From positions 1 through 44,298 of the forward strand of contig JBEDKY010000392.1 in NCBI GenBank assembly GCA_041171905.1: a stretch of DNA of 44,298 bases, in the 5' to 3' direction. Every line of letters begins with the position of its first letter. Within the stretch, counting starts at the first letter, position 1. Below, piece by piece: positions 34,533-44,298 of the stretch. This stretch comes from Pseudomonadota bacterium (GTDB taxonomy: Bacteria; Bdellovibrionota_B; Oligoflexia; Silvanigrellales; Silvanigrellaceae). Below the pieces are notes generated by a model. It had not been told where the DNA came from. It was given only the letters and a program-made list of their open reading frames with translations, and did no database searches. Made by a program: the position numbers and the translations under genes.

Positions 34533-35932
34533 TTTTTCGCCTGTTGGTTATTTTAAGTAGAACAATCGCAATGGCAGCGCAGCAGCTCAGCGGGCCAGTG
34601 TTTCTTCTATCGCGCTCAGAAAAAACTCGCCTGTTCATTTCCGAACGCTCCAGCGGAGCGTGGGAAAAAGCAATCGCCGAGGCAAAACGGGAAAAAATCA
34701 GTCGCGGCTGGCAGCAGCGTCCGACTTACTGGATTCACGTTGCAAGCGCAGGCGAACTCGAGCAGGTCATTCCGATTCTCAAAGCACTGAATACCAAGCA
34801 CGGTGTGGTTTTTTTTCTGACTTACTTTTCACCGAGTGCGATTCCCTTTCTCAAAAACTGTCCGGCGCTGCTCGCCGCCTGCAGCCTGCCTTGGGAATCT
34901 AAAAAAACTTTTCGTCTGGCTCTTGATGCACTCGACATTCATAGGCTCGTTCTCGTGCGGTATGACTTTTGGCCGGTGCTCATCAGTACATTTTCTGGGG
35001 CGGGAAAACCAATCTGTATTGTGGCTGCCACGCTGAAAAAAGCGCGCTCACCACTGCCTTCAATTTTGCAAAAGCAGTTGCGCAAAACCTGGTTTCAAAA
35101 TGCCGATGCAGTCTTTCTTGTCGACGGTGGAGAAAAGTCTTTACTCTCGACCGAAGTGCTCAGTGGCGACGTGCTGCATGTTGCCGGCGACGCAAAATGG
35201 CTGCGTGCGCGCGAACGTTATTTGAATTCAAAGTCCATCCCGCCTTCAAATCAGGTCGCAGCACTTAAAAACCTTGCGGCGGGCAATGGCATCGCCCAAC
35301 AAAAGCCGGTCTGGGTGTTCGGTTCTCCGCATCAGGAGGAATTGCAGGTTCTGCAGCGCCTGCTCGACTGCCGACTGCCGCCGATGATCGTTGTTGTCGC
35401 ACCCCACGAGGTCGATACTCAAACAATCGCAGCACTCAAAAAAGTTCTCCAACGGTCCGACAACTACATTCTGCAGATCAGCCAATACGGCAGCCACGAT
35501 TGGCAGAGTGCCGCTGACAACGACAGGCCTGTGAAAATTGTCTTTCTCGACTCCTTCGGTTTTCTCGCCGAGGCCTATGCTTTGGCCGAAGTTGCCGTAG
35601 TGGGCGGAGGTTTTGACGGCCAGTTGCACAACGTCCTCGAACCGGCGGCGTTTTTGGTCCCAACACTGTTTGGAAACAGGGCGACCCGTGCGCCAGAGGC
35701 GCAAATATTGCTCACAAGCAATGCGGCGGTCGGTTTTGCAACCTCGGAAATGTTATTTCAATTTCTCCATCGCTGGGGTACCCTTAGAAATGACAGCACG
35801 GTACGCTCGGAAATGTCGCACAAAAAAGGCGAACTCCGGCTGAATGCCGAAGCGCTGTTTGCTTCACTGCCCGACACAAGTGAGGTCGTCTGCCGAGTGT
35901 TGGCATCGAAAGATACACTTGAGACCACCTGA
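34529..35932 (+). CDS. waaA: 3-deoxy-D-manno-octulosonic acid (Kdo) transferase
   Basis: YWIHVASAGELEQVIPILKAL is the KdtA N-terminal signature. A glycosyltransferase C-terminal half (VVGGGF...HNVLEPA) follows. The start overlaps the gltA stop (ATGA). Confidence 0.85.
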   Translation: MIFRLLVILSRTIAMAAQQLSGPVFLLSRSEKTRLFISERSSGAWEKAIAEAKREKISRGWQQRPTYWIHVASAGELEQVIPILKALNTKHGVVFFLTYFSPSAIPFLKNCPALLAACSLPWESKKTFRLALDALDIHRLVLVRYDFWPVLISTFSGAGKPICIVAATLKKARSPLPSILQKQLRKTWFQNADAVFLVDGGEKSLLSTEVLSGDVLHVAGDAKWLRARERYLNSKSIPPSNQVAALKNLAAGNGIAQQKPVWVFGSPHQEELQVLQRLLDCRLPPMIVVVAPHEVDTQTIAALKKVLQRSDNYILQISQYGSHDWQSAADNDRPVKIVFLDSFGFLAEAYALAEVAVVGGGFDGQLHNVLEPAAFLVPTLFGNRATRAPEAQILLTSNAAVGFATSEMLFQFLHRWGTLRNDSTVRSEMSHKKGELRLNAEALFASLPDTSEVVCRVLASKDTLETT

Positions 35933-35974
35933 CTTAAGTCGACAGATTGAACACTTTTTTGAAAGATTTAAAAA

Positions 35975-37546
35975 ATGGTAGGCAAACAATTGATCATCAA
36001 CGCTTCGGCGTTTGAGACACGCGTCGCGCTGATCGAAGGCGGACACGTCTCGGAATATTACATCGAAAGACAAAAAGAACGCGGAATCGTTGGAAGCATT
36101 TTCAAAGGCCGCATCATGCGCGTCCTGCCGGGAATGCAAAGTGCTTTTGTCGACATCGGCCTCGACCGCTCGGCATTTCTCTATGGCGGCGACATCCAGC
36201 CCCCGGGTGGCCCCGCAAGTGAATTGCCCGAGTTTTTTGAAGATGACGAACAAACTAAGCTGACCCCGGCAACCGATGACTCGGCGCCCATTCCGAACAC
36301 GGACACGGCTGGCCCGCTTCCTACGCACCGTCCGCAACGATTTTTCAAGATCGCAGATCTGGTCAAAGAGGGGCAGGAAGTTCTCGTCCAGGTTGCAAAA
36401 GATTCCATCGGCACCAAGGGCGCGCGCATCACAACATACTTGAGCTTCCCTGGTCGCTACGTGGTCTTGATGCCAAACATCAATCACATCGGCATCAGCC
36501 GGCGTATCATGAACGAAGAAGAGCGGAACCGTCTGAAGCTGATCGTCCAAAGAGTTCGTCCTGATGGCATGGGTATCATCGTCCGCACGGCGAGCGAGGG
36601 TGTCCCCGAGGAGAAACTGATTGCCGATATCGATTTTCTTCTCAAGCTCTGGGAAAACGTCAAAGCAAAAGCAACCAAGGCAAAACCACCGAGCCTCGTG
36701 CATGAGGATCTCAACCTCGTTTTCCGCGCGACCCGCGACCTCATCTCGCGTGATTTGGAGCGCATCGTCATCGACAACAAAGACGTCTACGAAGACGTTG
36801 TGCGCTTTCTCAACCGCTTTTCCGTCAAACTCGGTGCGCAGGTTCAGCTCTATCAGAGCGACACGGCAATCTTTGATGCCTATGGCATCGAACTGGAAGT
36901 CTCGCGTGCACTCGGCTCAAAGGTCTGGCTCAAATCTGGCGGATATCTCATCATTGAACGAACTGAGGCGCTGACAGCGATTGACGTCAACACCGGACGG
37001 TTTGTCGGCGGCAAGTCGCTTGGCGACACGATTGTCAAAACCAATCTCGAGGCGGTCAAGGAAATCGTTCTGCAACTGCGGTTGCGCAACATCGGCGGCA
37101 TCATCATTCTCGACTTTATTGACATGGACCGTCAGGACGACCGCGATCGAGTCTTCAATGCCCTGCAGGAAGAACTCAAAAAAGACAAAGCGAAAACATC
37201 GGCGCTGCGGATTTCAGAAATGGGTCTAGTACAGATGACCCGCAAGCGCACTGAAGAAAGCCTGTCCCAAAAACTGTGCACTCCATGTCCGTACTGCGAA
37301 GGGAAGGGTGAGGTTAAAAGCCCCACCACGGTCGCTTATGACATCATCCGTGAGCTTGCACGTGAATTTTCCAAGTTGCCGGCCGAGAATTTTGTTCTCA
37401 GAGCGCACCCGCAGGTCATCGACAGGCTGTGTGAAGAAGACGCCCAATTCGTTCAGGAAGTCCGCGACCGTTTCTCAAAGAAAATCGTTCTCAAAACAGC
37501 TCCCGAATTCCACCTTGAGCACTACGAGATTTCTCCCATTCGCTGA
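35975..37546 (+). CDS. rng: Ribonuclease G (RNase E/G family)
   Basis: Present are ETRVALIEGG, the S1 domain GSIFKGRIMRVLPGMQSAFVDIG, TAIDVNTGRFVG and RNIGGIIILDFIDM. Confidence 0.92.
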   Translation: MVGKQLIINASAFETRVALIEGGHVSEYYIERQKERGIVGSIFKGRIMRVLPGMQSAFVDIGLDRSAFLYGGDIQPPGGPASELPEFFEDDEQTKLTPATDDSAPIPNTDTAGPLPTHRPQRFFKIADLVKEGQEVLVQVAKDSIGTKGARITTYLSFPGRYVVLMPNINHIGISRRIMNEEERNRLKLIVQRVRPDGMGIIVRTASEGVPEEKLIADIDFLLKLWENVKAKATKAKPPSLVHEDLNLVFRATRDLISRDLERIVIDNKDVYEDVVRFLNRFSVKLGAQVQLYQSDTAIFDAYGIELEVSRALGSKVWLKSGGYLIIERTEALTAIDVNTGRFVGGKSLGDTIVKTNLEAVKEIVLQLRLRNIGGIIILDFIDMDRQDDRDRVFNALQEELKKDKAKTSALRISEMGLVQMTRKRTEESLSQKLCTPCPYCEGKGEVKSPTTVAYDIIRELAREFSKLPAENFVLRAHPQVIDRLCEEDAQFVQEVRDRFSKKIVLKTAPEFHLEHYEISPIR

Positions 37547-38345
37547 GTCCGCGCAGCGCCTCGGACCTGTGGCTCATGCGGTTTTTCTCCTCGAGCGGAA
37601 TACTGGCGAAAGAAAGTTGCGGGCTTCTTTGTGGAAAGAACATCGCATCGTATCCATGTCCCTCGCCGGCAATAAGCTCCTGCTCGAATGTGGCGACAAA
37701 GCCGTTGCAAAATCCCATCACAAGCTGAATCTGGTACAAGTGGCCGAGCGCACTCAGGGTGCATTCGTGCGCATAGGCGGCAGTTTCCACCGCGGTGATT
37801 CGTGCGTGCAATTTTTCAAGAATCTGTTGTTCCAGAGACTCCAAGTGAATCAACAATTCATCTGCGTCGAATGAGTTTTTGTTGTCGCCCTGTGGATGCG
37901 GGCCAACGCGTGTCGCTATCAGCAATGAACAGACAAAAAACCCCGGTTCCTTGCTTTCTGCCGAGTTATTCAATCTGTTCTTCAATAATTCAATCAAATA
38001 TTTTCGATTGCGTGCGTCATCACGCGGCTCACCGGCCAGTGTCGCTGAATTCACCCCGGGCAAATAATTCAAGCGTGGTATGCATAAACCCGAATCATCG
38101 ACCAACACCGATGTCACACCGTGTGGACGAAGTTTCTCAAGCAACGGAATCGCAGCAGTTAATTTACGATAACCATTTCCTGCAAAAGTCTGTCTGTCTT
38201 CAACTGGTGTTTGCCACGCGTACTGCGCGCCCAGCAATTCAGATGCATCTTTAAGTCCCAAACAATTGCGATTTTCCTTGGCGAACGCATGCAAAAATTC
38301 ACGGAGCTTTCCCGCGTTGCCTGTCGGTATCAAAATTGCACTCAC
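37491..38345 (-). CDS. rdgB: RdgB/HAM1-family non-canonical purine NTP pyrophosphatase with internal insertion
   Basis: Motifs present: IPTGNAGKLREF, VDDSGLCIPRLNYLPGVNSA, GHGYDAMFFP and EEKNRMSHRSEA. The GTG at 38345 lies 6 nt after GGAG. A TTG at 38357 is the maximal start. Confidence 0.75.
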   Translation of the reverse strand: MSAILIPTGNAGKLREFLHAFAKENRNCLGLKDASELLGAQYAWQTPVEDRQTFAGNGYRKLTAAIPLLEKLRPHGVTSVLVDDSGLCIPRLNYLPGVNSATLAGEPRDDARNRKYLIELLKNRLNNSAESKEPGFFVCSLLIATRVGPHPQGDNKNSFDADELLIHLESLEQQILEKLHARITAVETAAYAHECTLSALGHLYQIQLVMGFCNGFVATFEQELIAGEGHGYDAMFFPQRSPQLSFASIPLEEKNRMSHRSEALRGLSEWEKSRSAQGGIRELF

Positions 38346-38399
38346 AGCCAACTCCAAATTTACGTTTTGTTTATTGCCAATATTCTTTTTTGAACGAGC

Positions 38400-38436
38400 A
38401 AAAAAGACCCAGAAAAAAACCGCGAAAAAAGACCAG
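38400..38436. repeat. Direct repeat AAAAAAGACC(C)AG x2 flanking an A7 tract
   Basis: Position 38400-38412 reads AAAAAAGACCCAG. An A7 tract occupies 38413-38419. Position 38425-38436 reads AAAAAAGACCAG. The first copy forms the right arm of the palindrome TCTTTTTTG-N6-CAAAAAAGA (38384-38407). Confidence 0.5.
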
Positions 38437-38457
38437 CAAATGCCTTAAATTGAAGCG

Positions 38458-38513
38458 GCGAGTTTTTCCTACCCAAAATTTTGTCGTATTTCAGGAAAAA
38501 TTCTCGCTTTTTT
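38458..38513 (+). terminator. Plus-strand terminator-like hairpin plus T6 with no adjacent plus-strand gene
   Basis: GCGAGTTTTTCCT (38458-38470) pairs with AGGAAAAA-tt-CTCGC (38493-38507). This gives 13 bp with a 2-nt bulge and a 22-nt loop, followed by TTTTTT (38508-38513). Confidence 0.35.
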
Positions 38514-38540
38514 GAATTCTACCAACAATTTTGTGCGAAA

Positions 38541-38568
38541 AATGAAAAAACCACCCGCTCAGGGGTGG
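38541..38568 (-). terminator. Rho-independent terminator after tal
   Basis: The minus strand reads CCACCC-CTGAGC-GGGTGG followed by TTTTTTCATTTTT. It lies 34 nt downstream of the tal stop codon. Confidence 0.65.
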
Positions 38569-38601
38569 CTCGTGACTGTGGTTTGGAGAATTCCGCCAGA
38601 A

Positions 38602-39258
38602 TCAGACAATTGACCGCTGATTGGCCTTCTTCCAATCGTCCATAAACGACGCGAGTCCCTTCTCCGTCAAAGGATGCTGATACAAAGACATCAGCACTTT
38701 GTAGGGACAAGTCGCAACATCTGAACCCGCCAGTGCCGACTGGATCACGTGTTGCGGATGACGGATGCTGGCTGCAAGTATCTGTGTCTTGAAGGAGTAG
38801 TTGTCATAGATGCTGCGGATTTCTTTAATCAGCTGCATTCCATCCTGACTGATGTCATCAAGCCTTCCAACAAACGGCGAAATGTAAGTTGCTCCGCATT
38901 TGGCTGCGAGCAGAGCCTGCCCCGCCTGAAAGCACAGTGTGACGTTTGTCTTGATTCCACGCGCACTGAGCGCTTTACAGGTTTTCAAGCCCTCGGGATT
39001 CAGCGGAAGCTTGATAACAATATTTTCATGAATCTTGGCGAGCACGTCGGCCTCAGCCAGCATCTCGGCCGAAGTTTGTCCGACGACTTCAGCTGAAATC
39101 GGCCCCGGAATGAGGCGGACAATTTCATTAAGAAGCGATTTGAAGTCCTGCCCAGACTTGGCGACCAGAGTCGGATTTGTTGTCACTCCATCACAAATTC
39201 CGAGCTCGGCCATGTGCCGGATTTCCTGAATATCTGCGCTGTCGAGGAAAAATTTCAC
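38602..39258 (-). CDS. tal: Transaldolase / fructose-6-phosphate aldolase (short, type 3B)
   Basis: Motifs present: [21 protein letters not shown] and NIVIKLP (Schiff-base Lys region). The 218-aa length fits. The GTG start overlaps the upstream stop (GTGA). Confidence 0.93.
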   Translation of the reverse strand: MKFFLDSADIQEIRHMAELGICDGVTTNPTLVAKSGQDFKSLLNEIVRLIPGPISAEVVGQTSAEMLAEADVLAKIHENIVIKLPLNPEGLKTCKALSARGIKTNVTLCFQAGQALLAAKCGATYISPFVGRLDDISQDGMQLIKEIRSIYDNYSFKTQILAASIRHPQHVIQSALAGSDVATCPYKVLMSLYQHPLTEKGLASFMDDWKKANQRSIV

Positions 39259-40793
39259 GGACTAAATACCCCCACATTATCAAGAGCCGCACCGTTGAAG
39301 CGCAACACCTGTATTTTATTGTTGCTGAATGAACTCGTAAGCACATAATTGCCGTTGACGGTGAATGCAGACGTGCCCGTTAAATCCAAGTCGCGGGTGA
39401 GCTGCGAAGCGATATTTCCGTCGGTTGCCGCCTGTATCAGGCTTTGCTCGCGACCAAGACTGCTGCGTCCTTCTTCGACGCGCAACCATGAGAGCGTGCA
39501 CAGACTGCCTGTGTTGACGACGTGTATGGAAGGCACAACAGTCCGCCTGTCTTTGAGGTTGGCAAACGATGAGTTCAGCGAAACGGCTGTTGGGCTGAGC
39601 AAATCGCCCAAGATGGGTTGGATTTCGTTACCGGCCAAACGCGCGCGCAGCTGAGTCGCCACCTGATCCCAACCCGAGAGCGAGACAATATTCGAGTCAC
39701 TGCCCTTCTTCACCACCACTGCGGCTGGTTGAGCGATGCCTGAGAGGGGTCCCGAAAGCTGACAAGGAGACGTTTGCGGGTCGATTGCGACAGCCGACTG
39801 ATACTTTTGCTGAAAGGAATATGTGAGGTTTGCCTCGGCCGTCAGATCGGCAGCAGCGTCGCCCTTTTGCCCATTCAAATTGAATGCCACTGGAACGAAA
39901 CCAAGCGTCTGGAGCAATCCTTTGCCCGCAACAAGCGCGTTCAAATCAACCACTGCCGCCGATACAGTCCGCAGGTCAAATGCCACATTCGGCAAAGTCA
40001 CGTTACCCTTTAACCAATCGAGCGCGGTTGGATTTCTATCGCTTCGGTAATTGACCGTGCCTTGGGGAAAGGCAACGGCGATCCCCAAACTGGGAAACAC
40101 AACTGGAGTGCCCCACGAGAGTAGGTAGGCACCAAGCGGATTTTCGCGCGAAGGGCTGTAAAAATCAGTGGGCAACGAGGCCAATTTCACAAGTCCGCCG
40201 GCGCGGGAATATTTGAAGAGCAAAACGTCGCCGCCAGCGATGTTTTCAGACGAGAGAGGATCACCAACCGAAACTACCACCGTCCAAGTGTCGGTCTGAC
40301 CTTCGACTGCATTAACCAGAATGCTGCCAATGCGACCTGATGGGACATTCGCGGCATCCTGCGGTTTGTCGGAGGAGCTTGGGTTTCCTCCTGCATCCAG
40401 ATTGAAAACCTTCAACTGTCCCTGTGTCCCAGAAAATCCGGCGATCAAAAATTCGCCGCCCCTTGCAACACCTATTGCGGTGCCCAGACGCGGCGTTTGC
40501 AGGGTCACTCTTGGATTTGAGGACGATGAAGCGGAGGTCGGAACGGAATAGGACTGCAGCGAGCCGGTTTCGAATTCACCGCTCATCGACGCATTCAAGA
40601 CGTAGTAGACAGAAAGCGTGGGATGACTTGCGAGAGCGGACGGGGTGTCCAACCGCTCACCGATGTCGGGGCGCTCGGACTTTCCACAGCTGCCCAAAGC
40701 GAACAACGAAAATCCGGTGATAAAAGCAAGCCACAGCGTGCTGCGCTTGCTCCTTTTGAACTGCAAGCGAGACACGCTGGCTGACTTCATCAC
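39255..40793 (-). CDS. Lipoprotein of unknown function (beta-rich), translationally coupled to gyrA and tal
   Basis: The signal peptide has the lipobox-like FALGSCG (Cys36). The remainder is Gly/Ser/Val/Thr-rich and beta-strand-like with no recognisable catalytic motif. Both junctions overlap (ATGA and GTGA). Confidence 0.7.
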   Translation of the reverse strand: MMKSASVSRLQFKRSKRSTLWLAFITGFSLFALGSCGKSERPDIGERLDTPSALASHPTLSVYYVLNASMSGEFETGSLQSYSVPTSASSSSNPRVTLQTPRLGTAIGVARGGEFLIAGFSGTQGQLKVFNLDAGGNPSSSDKPQDAANVPSGRIGSILVNAVEGQTDTWTVVVSVGDPLSSENIAGGDVLLFKYSRAGGLVKLASLPTDFYSPSRENPLGAYLLSWGTPVVFPSLGIAVAFPQGTVNYRSDRNPTALDWLKGNVTLPNVAFDLRTVSAAVVDLNALVAGKGLLQTLGFVPVAFNLNGQKGDAAADLTAEANLTYSFQQKYQSAVAIDPQTSPCQLSGPLSGIAQPAAVVVKKGSDSNIVSLSGWDQVATQLRARLAGNEIQPILGDLLSPTAVSLNSSFANLKDRRTVVPSIHVVNTGSLCTLSWLRVEEGRSSLGREQSLIQAATDGNIASQLTRDLDLTGTSAFTVNGNYVLTSSFSNNKIQVLRFNGAALDNVGVFSP

Positions 40794-43267
40794 TCAATCT
40801 CCTCGGCAGATTCCAATTGCGTCACGGGAGTATCATCAAACTCGCTCGGCTTACAAACCGAGACAACCCGCTCGCCATCAAGGATGCGCATCAAACAAAC
40901 ACCCTGTGTCAGACGACCGATGACCTTCACACTTGTCGTATGAATGCGCAAGACCCGTCCGGTGTTGGTCGTCAGCATGAGGTCCGCGGCATCGGCCACA
41001 GAGAGCAGTGCAACGACCTTGCCGTTACGCTCTGTCACGCGGATTGCGTTGACACCCTTGCCGGCACGTCCGGTGATTCTGTACTCCTCAAGCTCACTGC
41101 GTTTGCCGTAGCCGAACTCGGTGACAACCAATAGTTTCTCGCTTGCAGCCGGATCGACCACTTCTGCGGCGACAACTGTATCACCGTCTTCCATGTTGAT
41201 GCCCGTCACGCCACGAGCCGTGCGGCCCATCGAACGAACTTCGTCTTCATTGAAGCGAATTGCACGGCCATTTGCCGAAGTCAAAATCATCTGGTTGCGA
41301 CCATTTGTGATGCGCACCGACACGAGCGAATCACCCTCATCCAAAGTCACGGCACGCAAGCCGGTCGCGCGGATGTTGGCGAATGCCGAAAGTTCGGTCT
41401 TCTTGACCGTACCTTGCGCTGTACACATGAACACAAACATGTTCTCGGAGAATTCATGTACCGGCATCATGGTGGTGATTTGCTCACCCGACTGCAGAGT
41501 CAGAATTTGTGCGATTGATTTTCCGCGGCCGTTGGCGGGCGCCTCTGGCAGCTCATAGACTTTGAAGCAATAGACCTTGCCGAAGTTGGAGAACATCAGC
41601 ACGTGGTCATGTGTGTGGGCACGGAAGGTCACTTTGACAAAGTCCTGATCCTTGAGCGCGGCGCCAGTCTTACCTTTGCCTGCACGATGCTGCGAACGGA
41701 ATTCATCCTGCAGAACGCGCTTGATGTAACCGCCTTGCGAGAAGGTCACAAACACGTCTGCCGGCGGCACCAGAGATTCAAGGTCGACGTCTGCTGCATC
41801 GGTGGTGATTTCAGTACGGCGATTGTCTCCGTGTGATTCACGCAGTGCGACAAATTCTTCGCGTGCGATGGCAGCGACACGTGCGGGTTTGGCGAGAATG
41901 TCTTTGAGGTCGGCAATCGTCACCATAATTTCGGCATGCTCTGCGATGATTTTGTCGCGCTCGAGACCGGTGATGCGCGACAGGCGCATTTCAAGAATAG
42001 CGGTTGCCTGTCGATCGCTCAGCGAAAAGCGAGCAATGAGTTTCTCTTTTGCCTCATCCGGACTTGGCGCCTTGCGTATGAGATCGATTGTTTCGTCGAG
42101 GTTGTCGACCGCAATCTTCAAGCCTTCCAAAATATGCAGACGCTCTTCCGCTTTCTTCAAGCGGTAGTTGGTCCGGCGAGTGATCACTTCAAAGCGGTGA
42201 TCGACAAAGTGCGAAAGCGCCTCGCGCAGATTGACGAGCTTGGGAATGCCACGGACGATACACACCATGTTGACGCCGAAGCTGTCTTGCAGGCGTGTCC
42301 GCTTGTAGAGGTGGTTCAAGAGAATCTCGCCATTTTCGCCTTTCTTGACCTCAATGACGATGCGGATGCCTTCTTTGTTGGACTCATCGCGGATATCTGA
42401 AATCCCGTTGATTTCTTCCTCTTTGACGAGTTCGGCGATGCGTTCAATCAAGCTCGCCTTGTTCACCTGGTAAGGCAATTCGGTGATGATAATCTGTTCA
42501 CGGCCACCCTTGGTTTGCTCGACCGTTGCACGCCCACGCACCGAAACGGAACCACGGCCTGTGCGGTAAGCATCATGAATTCCCTTCAAACCGCAGATCA
42601 TGCCGGCGGTTGGGAAGTCAGGTCCCTTCACAAATCCCATCAACTGTTCGACTGACGCCGATTCGTTGTCGATGAGGTGGATAAGCGCATCAAGAACTTC
42701 GGTGAGATTGTGCGGAGGAATGTTGGTCGCCATACCAACCGCGATTCCCGACTGGCCGTTCACAAGCAGCTGCGGAAATACGGTGGGCAATACGAGCGGT
42801 TCGCGTTCGCTGTTGTCGTAGTTCGGCCCGAAATCAACGGTGTCTTCATCGAGCGACTGCATGAGCGACTCGGACACCTTGGCAAGGCGCACTTCCGTGT
42901 AACGCATCGCGGCGGGACTGTCGCCATCGATACTACCGAAGTTACCCTGACCGTCGATCAGTGGATACCGCATCGAAAAGTCCTGTGCCATGCGCACAAG
43001 TGCATCATAAACGGCAGTGTCACCGTGTGGATGGTACTTACCAAGAACGTCACCGACGATACGCGCCGATTTTTTATAGGGTTTGTTGTGGACGTTGTTC
43101 TGCTCATACATCGCGTAAAGCACACGCCGATGCACCGGCTTCATACCGTCGCGTACATCAGGCAGCGCGCGGCTGACGATTACGCTCATCGCATAATCGA
43201 GATATGCGTTTTTCATTTCTTCGTTGATGTTGACCGCTACGATGCCCTGTCGAATTGCTTGTGACAT
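40790..43267 (-). CDS. gyrA: DNA gyrase subunit A
   Basis: Present are [29 protein letters not shown] and the active-site Tyr region [10 protein letters not shown]. The C-terminal beta-pinwheel repeats are also present. Confidence 0.98.
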   Translation of the reverse strand: MSQAIRQGIVAVNINEEMKNAYLDYAMSVIVSRALPDVRDGMKPVHRRVLYAMYEQNNVHNKPYKKSARIVGDVLGKYHPHGDTAVYDALVRMAQDFSMRYPLIDGQGNFGSIDGDSPAAMRYTEVRLAKVSESLMQSLDEDTVDFGPNYDNSEREPLVLPTVFPQLLVNGQSGIAVGMATNIPPHNLTEVLDALIHLIDNESASVEQLMGFVKGPDFPTAGMICGLKGIHDAYRTGRGSVSVRGRATVEQTKGGREQIIITELPYQVNKASLIERIAELVKEEEINGISDIRDESNKEGIRIVIEVKKGENGEILLNHLYKRTRLQDSFGVNMVCIVRGIPKLVNLREALSHFVDHRFEVITRRTNYRLKKAEERLHILEGLKIAVDNLDETIDLIRKAPSPDEAKEKLIARFSLSDRQATAILEMRLSRITGLERDKIIAEHAEIMVTIADLKDILAKPARVAAIAREEFVALRESHGDNRRTEITTDAADVDLESLVPPADVFVTFSQGGYIKRVLQDEFRSQHRAGKGKTGAALKDQDFVKVTFRAHTHDHVLMFSNFGKVYCFKVYELPEAPANGRGKSIAQILTLQSGEQITTMMPVHEFSENMFVFMCTAQGTVKKTELSAFANIRATGLRAVTLDEGDSLVSVRITNGRNQMILTSANGRAIRFNEDEVRSMGRTARGVTGINMEDGDTVVAAEVVDPAASEKLLVVTEFGYGKRSELEEYRITGRAGKGVNAIRVTERNGKVVALLSVADAADLMLTTNTGRVLRIHTTSVKVIGRLTQGVCLMRILDGERVVSVCKPSEFDDTPVTQLESAEEIE

Positions 43268-43289
43268 AGTCTGCTACCCAGCCTTTAAT

Positions 43290-44298
<1,009 letters not shown>

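Overview
This is a densely packed chromosomal segment from a Gram-negative bacterium, shown by the Kdo transferase, the TolQ-R-A-B system and lipobox lipoproteins. The lineage cannot be established from the sequence alone; a CdnL regulator plus orphan PilZ, TPR and lipoprotein genes loosely suggests Bdellovibrionota or Myxococcota-like organisms. I call about 40 protein genes and 2 tRNAs. Most are core housekeeping genes: gyrB (truncated at the right edge), gyrA, transaldolase, RNase G, waaA, citrate synthase, accA, cmk, tolQRAB, tex, ndk, mtnP, gloB, tgt and cdnL. Many gene junctions are translationally coupled (ATGA, GTGA or TGATG overlaps). I found no CRISPR array, transposase, integrase, prophage gene or recognisable defence operon. 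I do not see a convincing, self-contained novel multi-gene system, and I say so rather than inventing one. The items most worth a second look are listed here. (1) A stand-alone SNF2 ATPase has an N-terminal module resembling a HARP annealing-helicase domain. (2) An orphan Doc/Fic-like protein has its catalytic His replaced by Arg; it sits with a secreted twin-DM9 protein and a PilZ protein next to the 3' end of tRNA-Leu. (3) A maltokinase-like protein has both catalytic acidic residues substituted. (4) The long cdnL leader contains a 15-bp long-range helix and a duplicated SD-like GAGGGC box. (5) A 512-aa lipoprotein is translationally coupled between gyrA and tal. (6) In the rng/rdgB-like/tal interval, back-to-back terminators imply antisense read-through across the rdgB-like gene, and an A-tract repeat/palindrome block lies nearby. 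(7) A receiver-TPR gene and a Cys-rich lipoprotein form an operon divergent from a beta-barrel gene. All functional calls come from motifs read by eye in the supplied translations; no database search was run.
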